54,454 nucleotides of DNA from a virus. Taxonomy: Duplodnaviria; Caudoviricetes. The position numbers and the translations under genes were made by a program. This document shows, piece after piece, positions 37,579 to 46,664 of the stretch; the stretch's first letter is position 1; every line of letters starts with the position of its first letter. The notes beneath the pieces were generated by a model. It saw only the letters and a list, made by a program, of their open reading frames with translations. It was not told the DNA's origin and made no database searches. The DNA lies in the IMG/VR virus record IMGVR_UViG_3300032892_000002, positions 1 through 54,454 of that record; one strand, given 5' to 3'.

Positions 37579-39274
37579 CAGCAAACGGTACTGTGATCAG
37601 GCCGAGGCCGAATTCGCCGCCCATCTCCTCCCACACCAGCCCCGTCTCCGCGCAGTACGTGTCCAGCGCCCGGGCCACCGGGAACCCGTCACCGGGCTCG
37701 AACTTCGTGTCGTGCGCCAGTACCGTCCCGCCGGGCCGGACCAGCGGCACATACTGCCGCAGCTCCGCCAGCGTCTGGTCATAGGAATGGGGGTCGACGT
37801 CGAGGAACAGCACCTCCACCTCAGACGGCAGCTGCGCGATCACGTCGGGGTCGAGGTCGTCGCCTTTCACGAAGGTCCACAGGCCGCTGCGGGCCCAGTT
37901 CGCAGGTACCTGCGGGCCGGTGATGTCGACCGACCACACGTGCCCGCCGCACATCTCGGCCGCGGCCAGGAACGCTGACGTTGAGTTGCCGGACCGAACC
38001 CCCAGTTCGATGATCCTCGGCCCGGCGTATTTCAGCGCCGTGTCCCGCAGCACCGGCAGGCTGTCCCGCATGTCGGACCACTCACCCAGCCGCCGCTCGT
38101 AGTCGTCGCCGATCGGTTCCGCTTTGGCCGCCATCTTGTCTTCGAGCGCCGCCAACGCTGGGAGCCAGAACTCGTGGAACACCCGGTCAACGTCGTACCC
38201 GGCGGCGAACTCGCGGGCCTCTTTGCGGCGGGTGTCGTTCATCGGCCACTCAGCGAACGCCTCCTCATACGCGGCGATGATCCCCGACACCGACGGGCAC
38301 ATCCACCACGCCACATGCCCCGGCGCCCAGATCGGCTGGCCTTTCACCTTCCACCCAGCACCGCACAGCTCCGACATTGCGGACCCGTCGGTCACCACCA
38401 CCGGCGTCCCGCACGCCTGCGCCTCCAGGATCGGCAGCCCGAACCCTTCAGCGAGAGAACAGCACGACAGCACATCCAGCACCTGATACCACTGCGCCAT
38501 CAGGTCCCGCCCGACCATGCCGCACACGTAGGCATGCTGGTCCGGGTACATCACCGCGTCGGTGATACCGAGCCGGTCGGTGATTTTTTTCAGGTTCAGC
38601 CCGCCGACCGGCTCCGTGTTGATCGTGGTGTGCAGCACCAGGCGGCTGTTTTCGTGCCGCTCATGGAACTTCGCGAACGCCAGCAACTGTTCAGGGAACG
38701 CCTTACGGTTCCCCGACTCCTTGTTGATCGCGTTGATGCCGATCAGGAACGTGCTGGCCCCGACGCCCATCGATTCGCGGACCTCGTCCCGTTCCGCCGG
38801 GTCAAGCGGGCGGAACAGGGTGGTGTCGACGCCGTGGGGGATGTACAGCGGGTCGTATCCGGCGTCGCGTAGCTGGGTTTCGCCGAACCGGCTGAACGCG
38901 ATCGGCCAGCCTCCGGATGCGTCGAGTTTGGTCCGGTCCCCGTCGCCGAGGGGGGCGCAGTCGACAGGCATCCAATGCGCCACGTTCAGCTCTTTGAGTG
39001 GTTCCGCGTTCATCGCGAACACATCACACAAGGTGATCATCAGGTCGGCGCGGCTGTACCGGTAGTGCGACGCGATGACGTCGGAGCCGTAGGGGTCGAG
39101 ACCGCCGGGCAGGATGGTGAACCCCTCCCAGCCGAGGACGCTGCCGGTCATGCTGTACGGGGCGCTGATCGTTACGTCGTGGCCGGCCGCCTTGAGCCGT
39201 GGCACCCACAGAGCGGTCTGGGTACCGTACCCGCTTGTTATCATCGGGGCGTTGGAGTTCCACAAAATGCGCAC
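37568..39274 (-). CDS. GT4 glycosyltransferase fused to a class I SAM methyltransferase (Methyltransf_24-like)
   Basis: SNAP..SGYG, IPHGVD, EGFGLPILEAQACGTPVV; C-terminal IIELGVRSGNST, LFLDVD and VLAHD. Confidence 0.9.
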   Translation of the reverse strand: MRILWNSNAPMITSGYGTQTALWVPRLKAAGHDVTISAPYSMTGSVLGWEGFTILPGGLDPYGSDVIASHYRYSRADLMITLCDVFAMNAEPLKELNVAHWMPVDCAPLGDGDRTKLDASGGWPIAFSRFGETQLRDAGYDPLYIPHGVDTTLFRPLDPAERDEVRESMGVGASTFLIGINAINKESGNRKAFPEQLLAFAKFHERHENSRLVLHTTINTEPVGGLNLKKITDRLGITDAVMYPDQHAYVCGMVGRDLMAQWYQVLDVLSCCSLAEGFGLPILEAQACGTPVVVTDGSAMSELCGAGWKVKGQPIWAPGHVAWWMCPSVSGIIAAYEEAFAEWPMNDTRRKEAREFAAGYDVDRVFHEFWLPALAALEDKMAAKAEPIGDDYERRLGEWSDMRDSLPVLRDTALKYAGPRIIELGVRSGNSTSAFLAAAEMCGGHVWSVDITGPQVPANWARSGLWTFVKGDDLDPDVIAQLPSEVEVLFLDVDPHSYDQTLAELRQYVPLVRPGGTVLAHDTKFEPGDGFPVARALDTYCAETGLVWEEMGGEFGLGLITVPFADAT

Positions 39275-39323
39275 TTTCAGCACCACCTCCTCTCGTGTGG
39301 CCGAAACGGACCTGTAATGGAAA

Positions 39324-39842
39324 TTACTCGCTCCAAATCAGGTCAACGTTGTAGGTGGTCGACACGGTGGACGACTGGGTGACGAACACATGCAGACCCG
39401 CGTTCGCGGTCTGGTTCGCGATCGCCGGGACCTGCCACTCGTACCCTGCCGGGGGGAACTCTTCCCACGACGAGCCGGTGGTCTGCGGAAGTTCCTGCTC
39501 CCACAGCACGGTGCCGACCGCTGGCGGCGCCGAGGTCCACGACGTCGCGACCTGGCCGAGGGACGGGGCGTTGACACCGGCGTAGTAGTCGTGCGCGTTG
39601 CCGGACACCAGGTTCGCCGCGGTGCTCGCCCCTGCGGTGTTACGGGCAAGCTGGAACAGCACGTTGTTCCCGGCGACCGCGGTGGTGGTGATAATGTCGA
39701 CCCGGATCCCGACGACGTATAGCCGCTTCAGGAACGCGGTGCCCGCTGTGCCTGCTGCCAGCAGCGACAGGATCGGGTTGGCGGTCGATACGGTGACAGC
39801 GGTGCCTGACACGCGGCCGGTGTAGATGTCGCTGATTGGCAT
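39324..39842 (-). CDS. Hypothetical virion protein
   Basis: SD GAGGGAG; beta-rich, ELPQTTGSSWEEFPP. Confidence 0.6.
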   Translation of the reverse strand: MPISDIYTGRVSGTAVTVSTANPILSLLAAGTAGTAFLKRLYVVGIRVDIITTTAVAGNNVLFQLARNTAGASTAANLVSGNAHDYYAGVNAPSLGQVATSWTSAPPAVGTVLWEQELPQTTGSSWEEFPPAGYEWQVPAIANQTANAGLHVFVTQSSTVSTTYNVDLIWSE

Positions 39843-39920
39843 GGCTTGCTCCCTCTTGTCGTTATCGCATGCCGGGCGGAATGAGGGCATGCCAAAGTAA
39901 GGCCGCCCTGGGGTGGTGGG

Positions 39921-40268
39921 CTATTCGGTGCGTATTTGATAAAGTGCGGCCCTCAAAAATGGGTTCGGTGGGAAGACGTATGGGCCGCTGGCCACGTCGC
40001 CGCTGGCGGCGGTCACGAATTTGCCGTGCACGTTGCGCCAGTTGACGTGGCCTTCTTCGACGTACAGGGCGTACGGCGCGGCGGCGTACACGTACAGCAC
40101 CTGATCTTCGACGGTGAAGCCGATCGACCTGGCTAGTTCACCGGTGTTTTCCGGCGCCAAATAGGTCGCGTCGGTGGCGATCTGCGGGCCGAGACGGGTG
40201 CGGAAAAACGTGTCGATCGCGGCGTCGATTTCTGCGGGGTAATCCGGGTCGAAGATGACACGGGCCAT
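39921..40268 (-). CDS. HK97 gp10-like neck/tail completion protein
   Basis: APENTGELARSI..AAAPYALYVEEG..PNPFLRAAL. Confidence 0.8.
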   Translation of the reverse strand: MARVIFDPDYPAEIDAAIDTFFRTRLGPQIATDATYLAPENTGELARSIGFTVEDQVLYVYAAAPYALYVEEGHVNWRNVHGKFVTAASGDVASGPYVFPPNPFLRAALYQIRTE

Positions 40269-40336
40269 GCGAAGCCACGCCCTCTACGGTGGTGACTTGG
40301 GACCAGCCAGGCATCGTCTGCGGCTGTGGAAACTAA

Positions 40337-40696
40337 TCAGGTGGACGGGCCGGTGACCCGTCTCAGTGTGATCCGGTAGTCGGTGGGGGCACCGATGATG
40401 GTGGGTACCGCGACGACTGATTCGACGTAAAACACTTCGCCGGTGGTTTCGTCGAGGATCTGCTGCGATTCGAAACCTGCTTCGATGGGGAAGAACGGCT
40501 GCACCCGCAGGGTGATGTTGCGGACGGTGCGGGGCATCTGGGTCGCCGGGTCCCATGTGGTCTGGCGGGTTTCGGCGAGGAACGCGGGGATGTGGCTGGT
40601 CTGCGGGGTCCCGGCGTCGGCGAGGTTCCCCCACGCGTCGGTGCTCTGACCGGTCAGGAACGTCACGTAGGTGTTGGCTATTTCGGCGACCACCAT
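40337..40696 (-). CDS. Head closure (stopper)-like protein
   Basis: TDAWGNLAD..ILDETTGEVFYVESV..ITLRRVT; position before the gp10-like gene. Confidence 0.65.
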   Translation of the reverse strand: MVVAEIANTYVTFLTGQSTDAWGNLADAGTPQTSHIPAFLAETRQTTWDPATQMPRTVRNITLRVQPFFPIEAGFESQQILDETTGEVFYVESVVAVPTIIGAPTDYRITLRRVTGPST

Positions 40697-40703
40697 CGGC
40701 CTC

Positions 40704-41465
40704 CTAGTCGCCTGATGCGGCGGCGAGCCGGTCCGCGAACTCCCCAGGCACGTAGCCGGGTTCTGTTTTCCCGTACACGGTCGCCAGGTCACGGGCCAGT
40801 TCTTCACCTGCCGGGGTGAGCCGCCAGCCGAGGACTTTATGCGGGGGCCGCCATGTGCTCGGGGCGGGTTCGCCGCGCACCGGACGGGACGGCAGATCCC
40901 CGCCGGCGGTGAGCGCGTCCCAGTCGTGGCGGACCATCCGGTCGTCAGCTTTTCCCATCAACCGCGAAATCGCCCGCGATGACGGGACCTGGCCGGTTTC
41001 GCCGACTTTCGCGAGAACGAGGCGGCGGACCCGTTCCCGTGGGGTCATCCGGCCGATCTGGCAGAAATGCTCATGGCCGCAGCCGGGGCATTGGACCGCT
41101 TCGACGATCGCGGACACCGGCTCCGCCGCTGTGTGCGTGACAAGCGGTTTGGTCAGCCCTTCGCGGTGCATAGCGGTGAACGCGTCAGGCACCAAAGCGG
41201 TGAAACGGTGGTCTTTGACGCAATGCCGCAACGCGTCTTCGGTCATGACTCTGCCGTGGCGGCCGTTTGGGATCAGTACCGTGCATACCCGTGGCACATC
41301 CCACCGGGTGTCGATGACACCGGTGTCGTCGAACAAAACGTGGAGCAGTTCCCGCGCCACCTCGACGGGGTTGGGTTGCTGCAGCGCGTGTCCGGCGGCG
41401 GTGAGAGCGGCTTCCGCGATGTCGATTTCGGTGTTCGCTTCACGGATGGCCTCGGTTAAGGTCAC
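40704..41465 (-). CDS. Hypothetical protein with CxxC and C-terminal HTH-like region; codon 3 is TTA
   Basis: GTG ACC TTA ACC; CPGCGH; VPSSRAISRLMG. Confidence 0.55.
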   Translation of the reverse strand: MTLTEAIREANTEIDIAEAALTAAGHALQQPNPVEVARELLHVLFDDTGVIDTRWDVPRVCTVLIPNGRHGRVMTEDALRHCVKDHRFTALVPDAFTAMHREGLTKPLVTHTAAEPVSAIVEAVQCPGCGHEHFCQIGRMTPRERVRRLVLAKVGETGQVPSSRAISRLMGKADDRMVRHDWDALTAGGDLPSRPVRGEPAPSTWRPPHKVLGWRLTPAGEELARDLATVYGKTEPGYVPGEFADRLAAASGD

Positions 41466-41474
41466 CTGCTGATT

Positions 41475-41807
41475 CTATGTGAAGATCTCTGGGGGGAGTG
41501 TGGTCCCTGATTTGCGGATGAACGTTTCCAGCACCGCGATCCGCCGCTCAAGATGGGTGATCTTCTCATGCAGGTCAGCGATCATGTGTTCCTGGTGGGA
41601 CAGCGCCGACTCGTAGATCTGCTGCGCCCGCCGGTACGCCGCCGACTCTGCTTCCTCACCGGCAGCGGTCTGCTTGTCCCGGGCCCGCTGTTCGGCTGCG
41701 CGCCGGTCACGGCCGTGCGCGCGGAGGGAACTGGTGTACGCCACCACCGCGACCGCGAAACTTGCCGCGCCGACGATGACACTGCCCCATGCCGCGTCGA
41801 TGCTCAT
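41475..41807 (-). CDS. Membrane protein with coiled coil (holin-region type)
   Basis: N-terminal TM segment followed by an amphipathic heptad helix. Confidence 0.6.
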   Translation of the reverse strand: MSIDAAWGSVIVGAASFAVAVVAYTSSLRAHGRDRRAAEQRARDKQTAAGEEAESAAYRRAQQIYESALSHQEHMIADLHEKITHLERRIAVLETFIRKSGTTLPPEIFT

Positions 41808-42202
41808 GGGTCACGGGCCTCAGGCCATCCGCTGATCAGCACCACCAGCGCTGCGATCCCAGCCCATGCGACCGCTGCAGTCCAGCCGCCGGGGATGGAC
41901 CGGTGGATCCAGGCGACGGTGATGAACGTGGCCCACGCTGCTTTCATCAGCGCGGCGGCGGCGTACTGGAACTGGTCCCGGCTGAGCGGCACACCGGTGA
42001 GGCAGACCACGCCGACCGCGATCCATGCCCAGCCCCACGCGGTGAGCGGCAGTTGCGGGGTAAGCTGGTCAGCGAATGCGGGGACGTATCCTGCGGCGAG
42101 ACCGCTGCCGTAGCCGAAGTCGATCGCCGCGAACAGCGTCAGCGCCGCGCCGCGCCGCCCGGATCGGCGTTTCAGCTCAGCCCAGGCAGATCGCCACCCC
42201 AC
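41804..42202 (-). CDS. Multi-pass membrane protein (possible holin)
   Basis: About four hydrophobic segments; RRGAAL...ISGWPE. Confidence 0.55.
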   Translation of the reverse strand: MGWRSAWAELKRRSGRRGAALTLFAAIDFGYGSGLAAGYVPAFADQLTPQLPLTAWGWAWIAVGVVCLTGVPLSRDQFQYAAAALMKAAWATFITVAWIHRSIPGGWTAAVAWAGIAALVVLISGWPEARDP

Positions 42203-42220
42203 CGCCGCCCCCCATCAGGT

Positions 42221-42925
42221 TCAGGCGATCCGCTGCCCGTACCCGCCGGTCGCGTTCAAGGTGTTACTTTTCGCCGACCAGGTGAGGGTCGTGATGAACC
42301 CGGTGTCCTCCGACGTGTCGACACCGGTGATCGGTGACAGCGGTCCCGCCAGATACGGTGTCGACGCCCCAGTGGTGGAGTCGGTGGAAAGGTTCAGCCG
42401 GAACCCGCCCGCGATGCTCGACGTGGAGTAGAACTGCAGCATCGCGGTGATTTCCCACAGGCACCCGGTTTCGGTGCCGATGAGCGGGACCGGCTGCAAC
42501 GTCCCGACCGCTGTGCCGGAATCGATGGTCCCGTAGTAGGAGGTGAACACCATCGACGGGGCCTGCCCGGTGGCGGTGTAATCACCCCAGATGTGCAGCA
42601 GGTAGATCGAACCGGCTGCGGGTTCCCCCCCAGCGACCGTGTAGGACAGCAGTATCGTTTCGGTGTCGTCGGCGACGGTCACCGGGGTGGTCATGCCGTT
42701 ACGGGCGCCGTTGAGCAGATTCGTGGAACCGTTGGCGCGTTTCGTCCACATCTTGCCCTGGTAGACGTAGATCGCGGCGCCGTCCGCCGGGCAGTTCGGT
42801 GCGTACGCCTGAGTGGAAAGACACCCGCCGTCGACCGTTATCGCCATGTCGCCGACATATGCGGCGACCTGCCCCAGCGTGGCAGGGGAAGAGAACGACG
42901 CGCCGGACATGTCGTAACGGGTCAC
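42221..42925 (-). CDS. Hypothetical virion protein
   Basis: SD GGGAGGG; beta-rich C-terminal domain. Confidence 0.55.
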   Translation of the reverse strand: MTRYDMSGASFSSPATLGQVAAYVGDMAITVDGGCLSTQAYAPNCPADGAAIYVYQGKMWTKRANGSTNLLNGARNGMTTPVTVADDTETILLSYTVAGGEPAAGSIYLLHIWGDYTATGQAPSMVFTSYYGTIDSGTAVGTLQPVPLIGTETGCLWEITAMLQFYSTSSIAGGFRLNLSTDSTTGASTPYLAGPLSPITGVDTSEDTGFITTLTWSAKSNTLNATGGYGQRIA

Positions 42926-42962
42926 AGCAGCCCTCCCATGAGGTTCGACGCCGGAACCCGGC

Positions 42963-43724
42963 CTACCAGTTGATCAGCGCGGCGCTGCCGAGCACACCCG
43001 CGACATGCAGGATCTCCGCTGCCCTCGGGCACAGCAGCGGGAACGCGTTCGTTGTCATGTTCCGCGCCCGCGTGTACGAGATCCCGCCCACGTTCAGCGA
43101 CACGTACTGCCGTTTCATCCCCGCAGGGTCGTTGTCGGCGAGCAGATACTGAGTCTGCGCGCAGGTGGCCCGCGCAAACGCGTTGATCACATACGGGTCG
43201 GTGGGCAGCCCGTTCTGGTTCACCGGATACACCGCCGCGATGATCGCGTTGTCGATGTCTTCCGACGCCCGCTGCACCGCCGTCACCACAACCTGATCCG
43301 GTGTCGACTGGTCCCCCGACCAGGCCCGGTACTGCCCCGCCGTCGCATACAAGCCAGGTGCGGGAGCGCCGGTAAAGTTCGGTGAGACGGTGACGGTCTG
43401 CTGATACGTTTCGGTGACCGCGCCGACTGTCCCGGTCCAGGTGACCAGATAATCCCCGGTGATCATCAACCAGGGCGCGGTCCACGTGTAGTTATACGTC
43501 ACCCCATCAGGGGTGGTCACACCCGCCGATGTGGCAGGGACCGGGGTGCCGAACCCCGCACCGGGGGTGTTCAGCGTGGACGCGTCTATGCCCACCGTCA
43601 CGTTCGCCGCCGGCGCCCCCGCGTAGCTGGCGCGGAACGTCTCGAACATCTGCGACAGCACAACCTGGCCGCCCTGCACCACATCCGACTGCCGGGCACC
43701 GAGCAGAACCGACACCGACGACAT
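42963..43724 (-). CDS. Head-tail adaptor with an N-terminal Ig-like domain
   Basis: YAT..Y..W..RASEDID..ARATCAQ..VSLNVGGISY..LCPRAAEIL adaptor pattern; N-terminal YNYTW..GDYLVTWTG. Confidence 0.75.
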   Translation of the reverse strand: MSSVSVLLGARQSDVVQGGQVVLSQMFETFRASYAGAPAANVTVGIDASTLNTPGAGFGTPVPATSAGVTTPDGVTYNYTWTAPWLMITGDYLVTWTGTVGAVTETYQQTVTVSPNFTGAPAPGLYATAGQYRAWSGDQSTPDQVVVTAVQRASEDIDNAIIAAVYPVNQNGLPTDPYVINAFARATCAQTQYLLADNDPAGMKRQYVSLNVGGISYTRARNMTTNAFPLLCPRAAEILHVAGVLGSAALINW

Positions 43725-43738
43725 CAGCCCACCACCTC

Positions 43739-43744
43739 TACAAT
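43739..43744 (+). promoter_or_regulatory. -10 element TACAAT of a putative leaderless antisense promoter
   Basis: 7 nt upstream of GTG 43752, with no SD. Confidence 0.45.
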
Positions 43745-43751
43745 CAGCGGT

Positions 43752-43964
43752 GTGGACAACCCATTCGGCTGCCGGTGCAACGCCATGGGCGCCGGCTACC
43801 CATGTATCCGCCACGCTGACGCCGAGGACATGCTCTGCTCACGCTGCCGCACATCTACGACATGCAGCTACTCACGCGCATCCCAGGTGGCCGCGGCCGA
43901 AGCGGCGGCGCCGCCGAACAGGTCGCCGTCGCGGACCCGGATAACACCCCAGCCGAACCGCTGA
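43752..43964 (+). CDS. Small antisense Cys-rich protein
   Basis: CRC..PC.RHADAEDMLCSRCR occupies the only gap in the - strand operon here. Confidence 0.5.
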   Translation: MDNPFGCRCNAMGAGYPCIRHADAEDMLCSRCRTSTTCSYSRASQVAAAEAAAPPNRSPSRTRITPQPNR

Positions 43965-46299
43965 GCCTCCCCAGACACGATCTCCGACGTGTCGAACCTG
44001 GCCACCAGTTCCGGCCACAACCGCCACACCTCAGCCCGGTCGTCGCCTTCGCTGGCGATGTCATGCACCAGAATCAGCCCACCCGGGCGGACAAGCGGCC
44101 CATACATCGCCAGATCCTGCCGCACCCCCGCCACCCGGTGATCCCCGTCCACAACCAGAACATCCAGCGACCGGCCCTCAAGTTTCGCGGCCAGCCAGTC
44201 TCTGCTTGACAGGTCATGTGAATCACCGACATGCACCACAGCGCCGTGCGCCGCCAGCTTCGCGCCGGTACCGCCGGTTTCGTACGAGTTGTCCGCCAAA
44301 GTGATGCCGTACACCTCGGCACAGATCTGCCGCCACGCGTACAACGTGCCGCCCTGATCGCAGCCGATCTCCGCCACCACCTGCGGCCGGGTGCGGTGCA
44401 GCAACGTCAGCACCTCGGTCAGCTCATCCAGGCACTGCGACGCGCCGTGCGCCATCGCCGCCGCCGCTGCCGTGTGCGCGTTGAACCCTTCCGGCCGGGC
44501 GATCACATAGCCCTTGTACACCGGCAAATCACGGAACGTGTACCCCAATTCGGCGAGCAGCCCGTCGAGGTCTTCACGGTCGTAAAACCCGTACACCGAA
44601 TGATCTTCGATGAACAGCACCGGGCGGCACCGGTCCAGCGTTTCCCGCATCCCCCGCAGCGCATGCAGATCCGCGCCCTCAACGTCGAGTTTCACCAAAT
44701 CGACACGCGGTTCGTCTTTCAGCACCGCGTCCAGCGGCACACCGGGGACTTTCCGCCCATCAGGGCCCCCGGTGTCGCGGACCATGTTCGACCCGTCGCG
44801 GGCGAACCCGTTGGGGCTGTGCAACGTCAGCATCGTGAAATCGTCCCAGGCCGCCACATTGTGCACCGTCGCGCAGGTGATGCTGTTCAGCTCAAGGTTG
44901 CGTTCCAGCTGCTGCACCGTTTCGGGGCTCACTTCGACGGCGATGACTTTGGATGCTTTCGCGGAGGCCCGCACCGTGTAATGCCCGACATGGGCTCCGA
45001 CGTCAAGGAAAACCCCGCCGGAGGGGAGGAGCCGCAGCACCGTCTGGTCGATCAGCGCCTCATGGCCGAGGGCCAGCCCGTCGCCGCTGGGTTCGGTGCC
45101 GCCGATCTGCCAGCGGAACCCGCCGTACCGGATGATCCCATCAGCCGCATCGCCGAGCCCTTCCTCAAGGTCAGCGAGCACCGGTTCCATGTACTGCCCC
45201 GCCACCACGTCCGCGTCGTACTGCAACGCGAACTCGCGGCATTCCGCCGAATACGTCCGCTCGAGGGTGCCGTCTTTCCACGCCCGGTACGCGTCTTCGT
45301 AGGCGGCGGCGAGGTGACCCACATACGGTTTCGTCCACCACGCGTGGAACGGCCCCACCCAGTACGGCTCCCCCGCGACTTTCCACCCAGGGCCCGCCAG
45401 TTCCGACATGGCGGAACAGTCGGTGACCACCGTCGGAATCCCGCAGGCCTGCGCTTCGATGACCGGCAGGCCGAACCCTTCACCCCACGTCGCCCCGGAG
45501 TACAGGTCAAGGGCGTTGTACCAGGCGGCCATGTCCGCAGCGGTGTACGACCCTGCGACATAGGCGTACGCGTCGGCCCAGCCGACCGCTTCGTCGATCC
45601 CCAGGTTCGCCGCCAAAGCCCGCAGATCGTCGCCGCCGCTGACCGTCGATGACAGGGTGTGGCACAGCAGCATCGTGTCCGGGTATTTCGCGTGCAGCCC
45701 AGCGAACGCGGCGAACTGCTCCGGGAACCCTTTACGGTTGGTGTCCTTGTTACACGCGTTGATCCCGATGACGAACTTGTCCTGCGGGAGGCCGAGCGCC
45801 CGGCGGATCGCGGCCCGGTTCCCCATCCGCCGGAACACAGTGGTGTCGATGCCGTGCGGGCAGTACAGGGCGCCGTGGCCGCCGCTGTCGAGGACCCGTT
45901 TCCCGAACCGGCTCATCGCGATCACCCTGGCGGTGGTCCCCGACAACGCCGCCTGGTCAAGCTCGCCCAGCGGTTCCCGGTCCACCGGCGTCCACATCGC
46001 CAGGTTCTGCCCCCGCAGCAACGCCACATCCTGCGCGAACGGGTCCAGCAGGGTGAACGTCAGATCAGCGCCGAAATGCTTCGCGTGGCCACCGATCACA
46101 TCGGATGAGAACGGGTGCAGCCCACACGGATACACGGTGATCCCGTTCCACCCGGTGCGGGCGCCCTGCAGCCCCCAGATCGCGGCGACCGCTACTTCGT
46201 GGCCCATTTTCTGCAGCCTCGGCGCCCAGATCGCGGTCTGCTGCCCGTAGCCGGTAAAGTGCCGACCCACGGGGCGTTGCTCACCCACAGGATCTTCAC
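43868..46299 (-). CDS. GT4 glycosyltransferase + FkbM-type methyltransferase + Methyltransf_24-like fusion; 5' end needs a +5-nt hop at a TTA codon
   Basis: SD GAGGAGG then GTG AAG ATC CTG TGG (MKILWVSNAPWVGT) in a different frame from GYGQQT...; EGFGLPVIEAQACG; FLDVGAHVG..VKLDVEGAD; AEIGCDQGGT..VDGDH..VHD. Confidence 0.88.
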
Positions 46300-46333
46300 T
46301 TAGGCATCACCTCCTCTGCGCGAACGGGCCCTT

Positions 46334-46660
46334 TCACTCGATGGAAGCCCGGTCGTCGTAACTCATCGCGTCGATGATCTGCGCCTTGGTGAGCTTCCTC
46401 ACGTCATCGGCGTCCATGCCCTGCGCGACCGCGTACTCTTCCCACACATGCCGCAGGTCCGCTGTTCTCGGCAACGGCGGCATATCCGCAGGCGCGGCCG
46501 AGTCGTCGACATCCGGTTCGACCGGATCCCCGCCGGGGCCGCCGACCTGGATCAGCTCACCCTTTTCCAGCCGGTCCAAGACGCCGGGGTGCAGCGGCAA
46601 CGACATCTGCATGACCGCACCGGATTCACCCCGGATCCATACCAGCTCCAGCTCAGGCAC
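46334..46660 (-). CDS. Small head-associated protein with a C-terminal HeH/LEM-like motif
   Basis: WEEYAVAQGMDADDVRKLTKAQII. Confidence 0.55.
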   Translation of the reverse strand: MPELELVWIRGESGAVMQMSLPLHPGVLDRLEKGELIQVGGPGGDPVEPDVDDSAAPADMPPLPRTADLRHVWEEYAVAQGMDADDVRKLTKAQIIDAMSYDDRASIE

Positions 46661-46664
46661 CGGG

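Noticed and set aside
46256-46288. ORF-track GT4 start MGEQRPVGRHF
   Set aside because: About 20 nt from the SD and lacks the first conserved beta strand (ILWxSNAP) present in the paralog.
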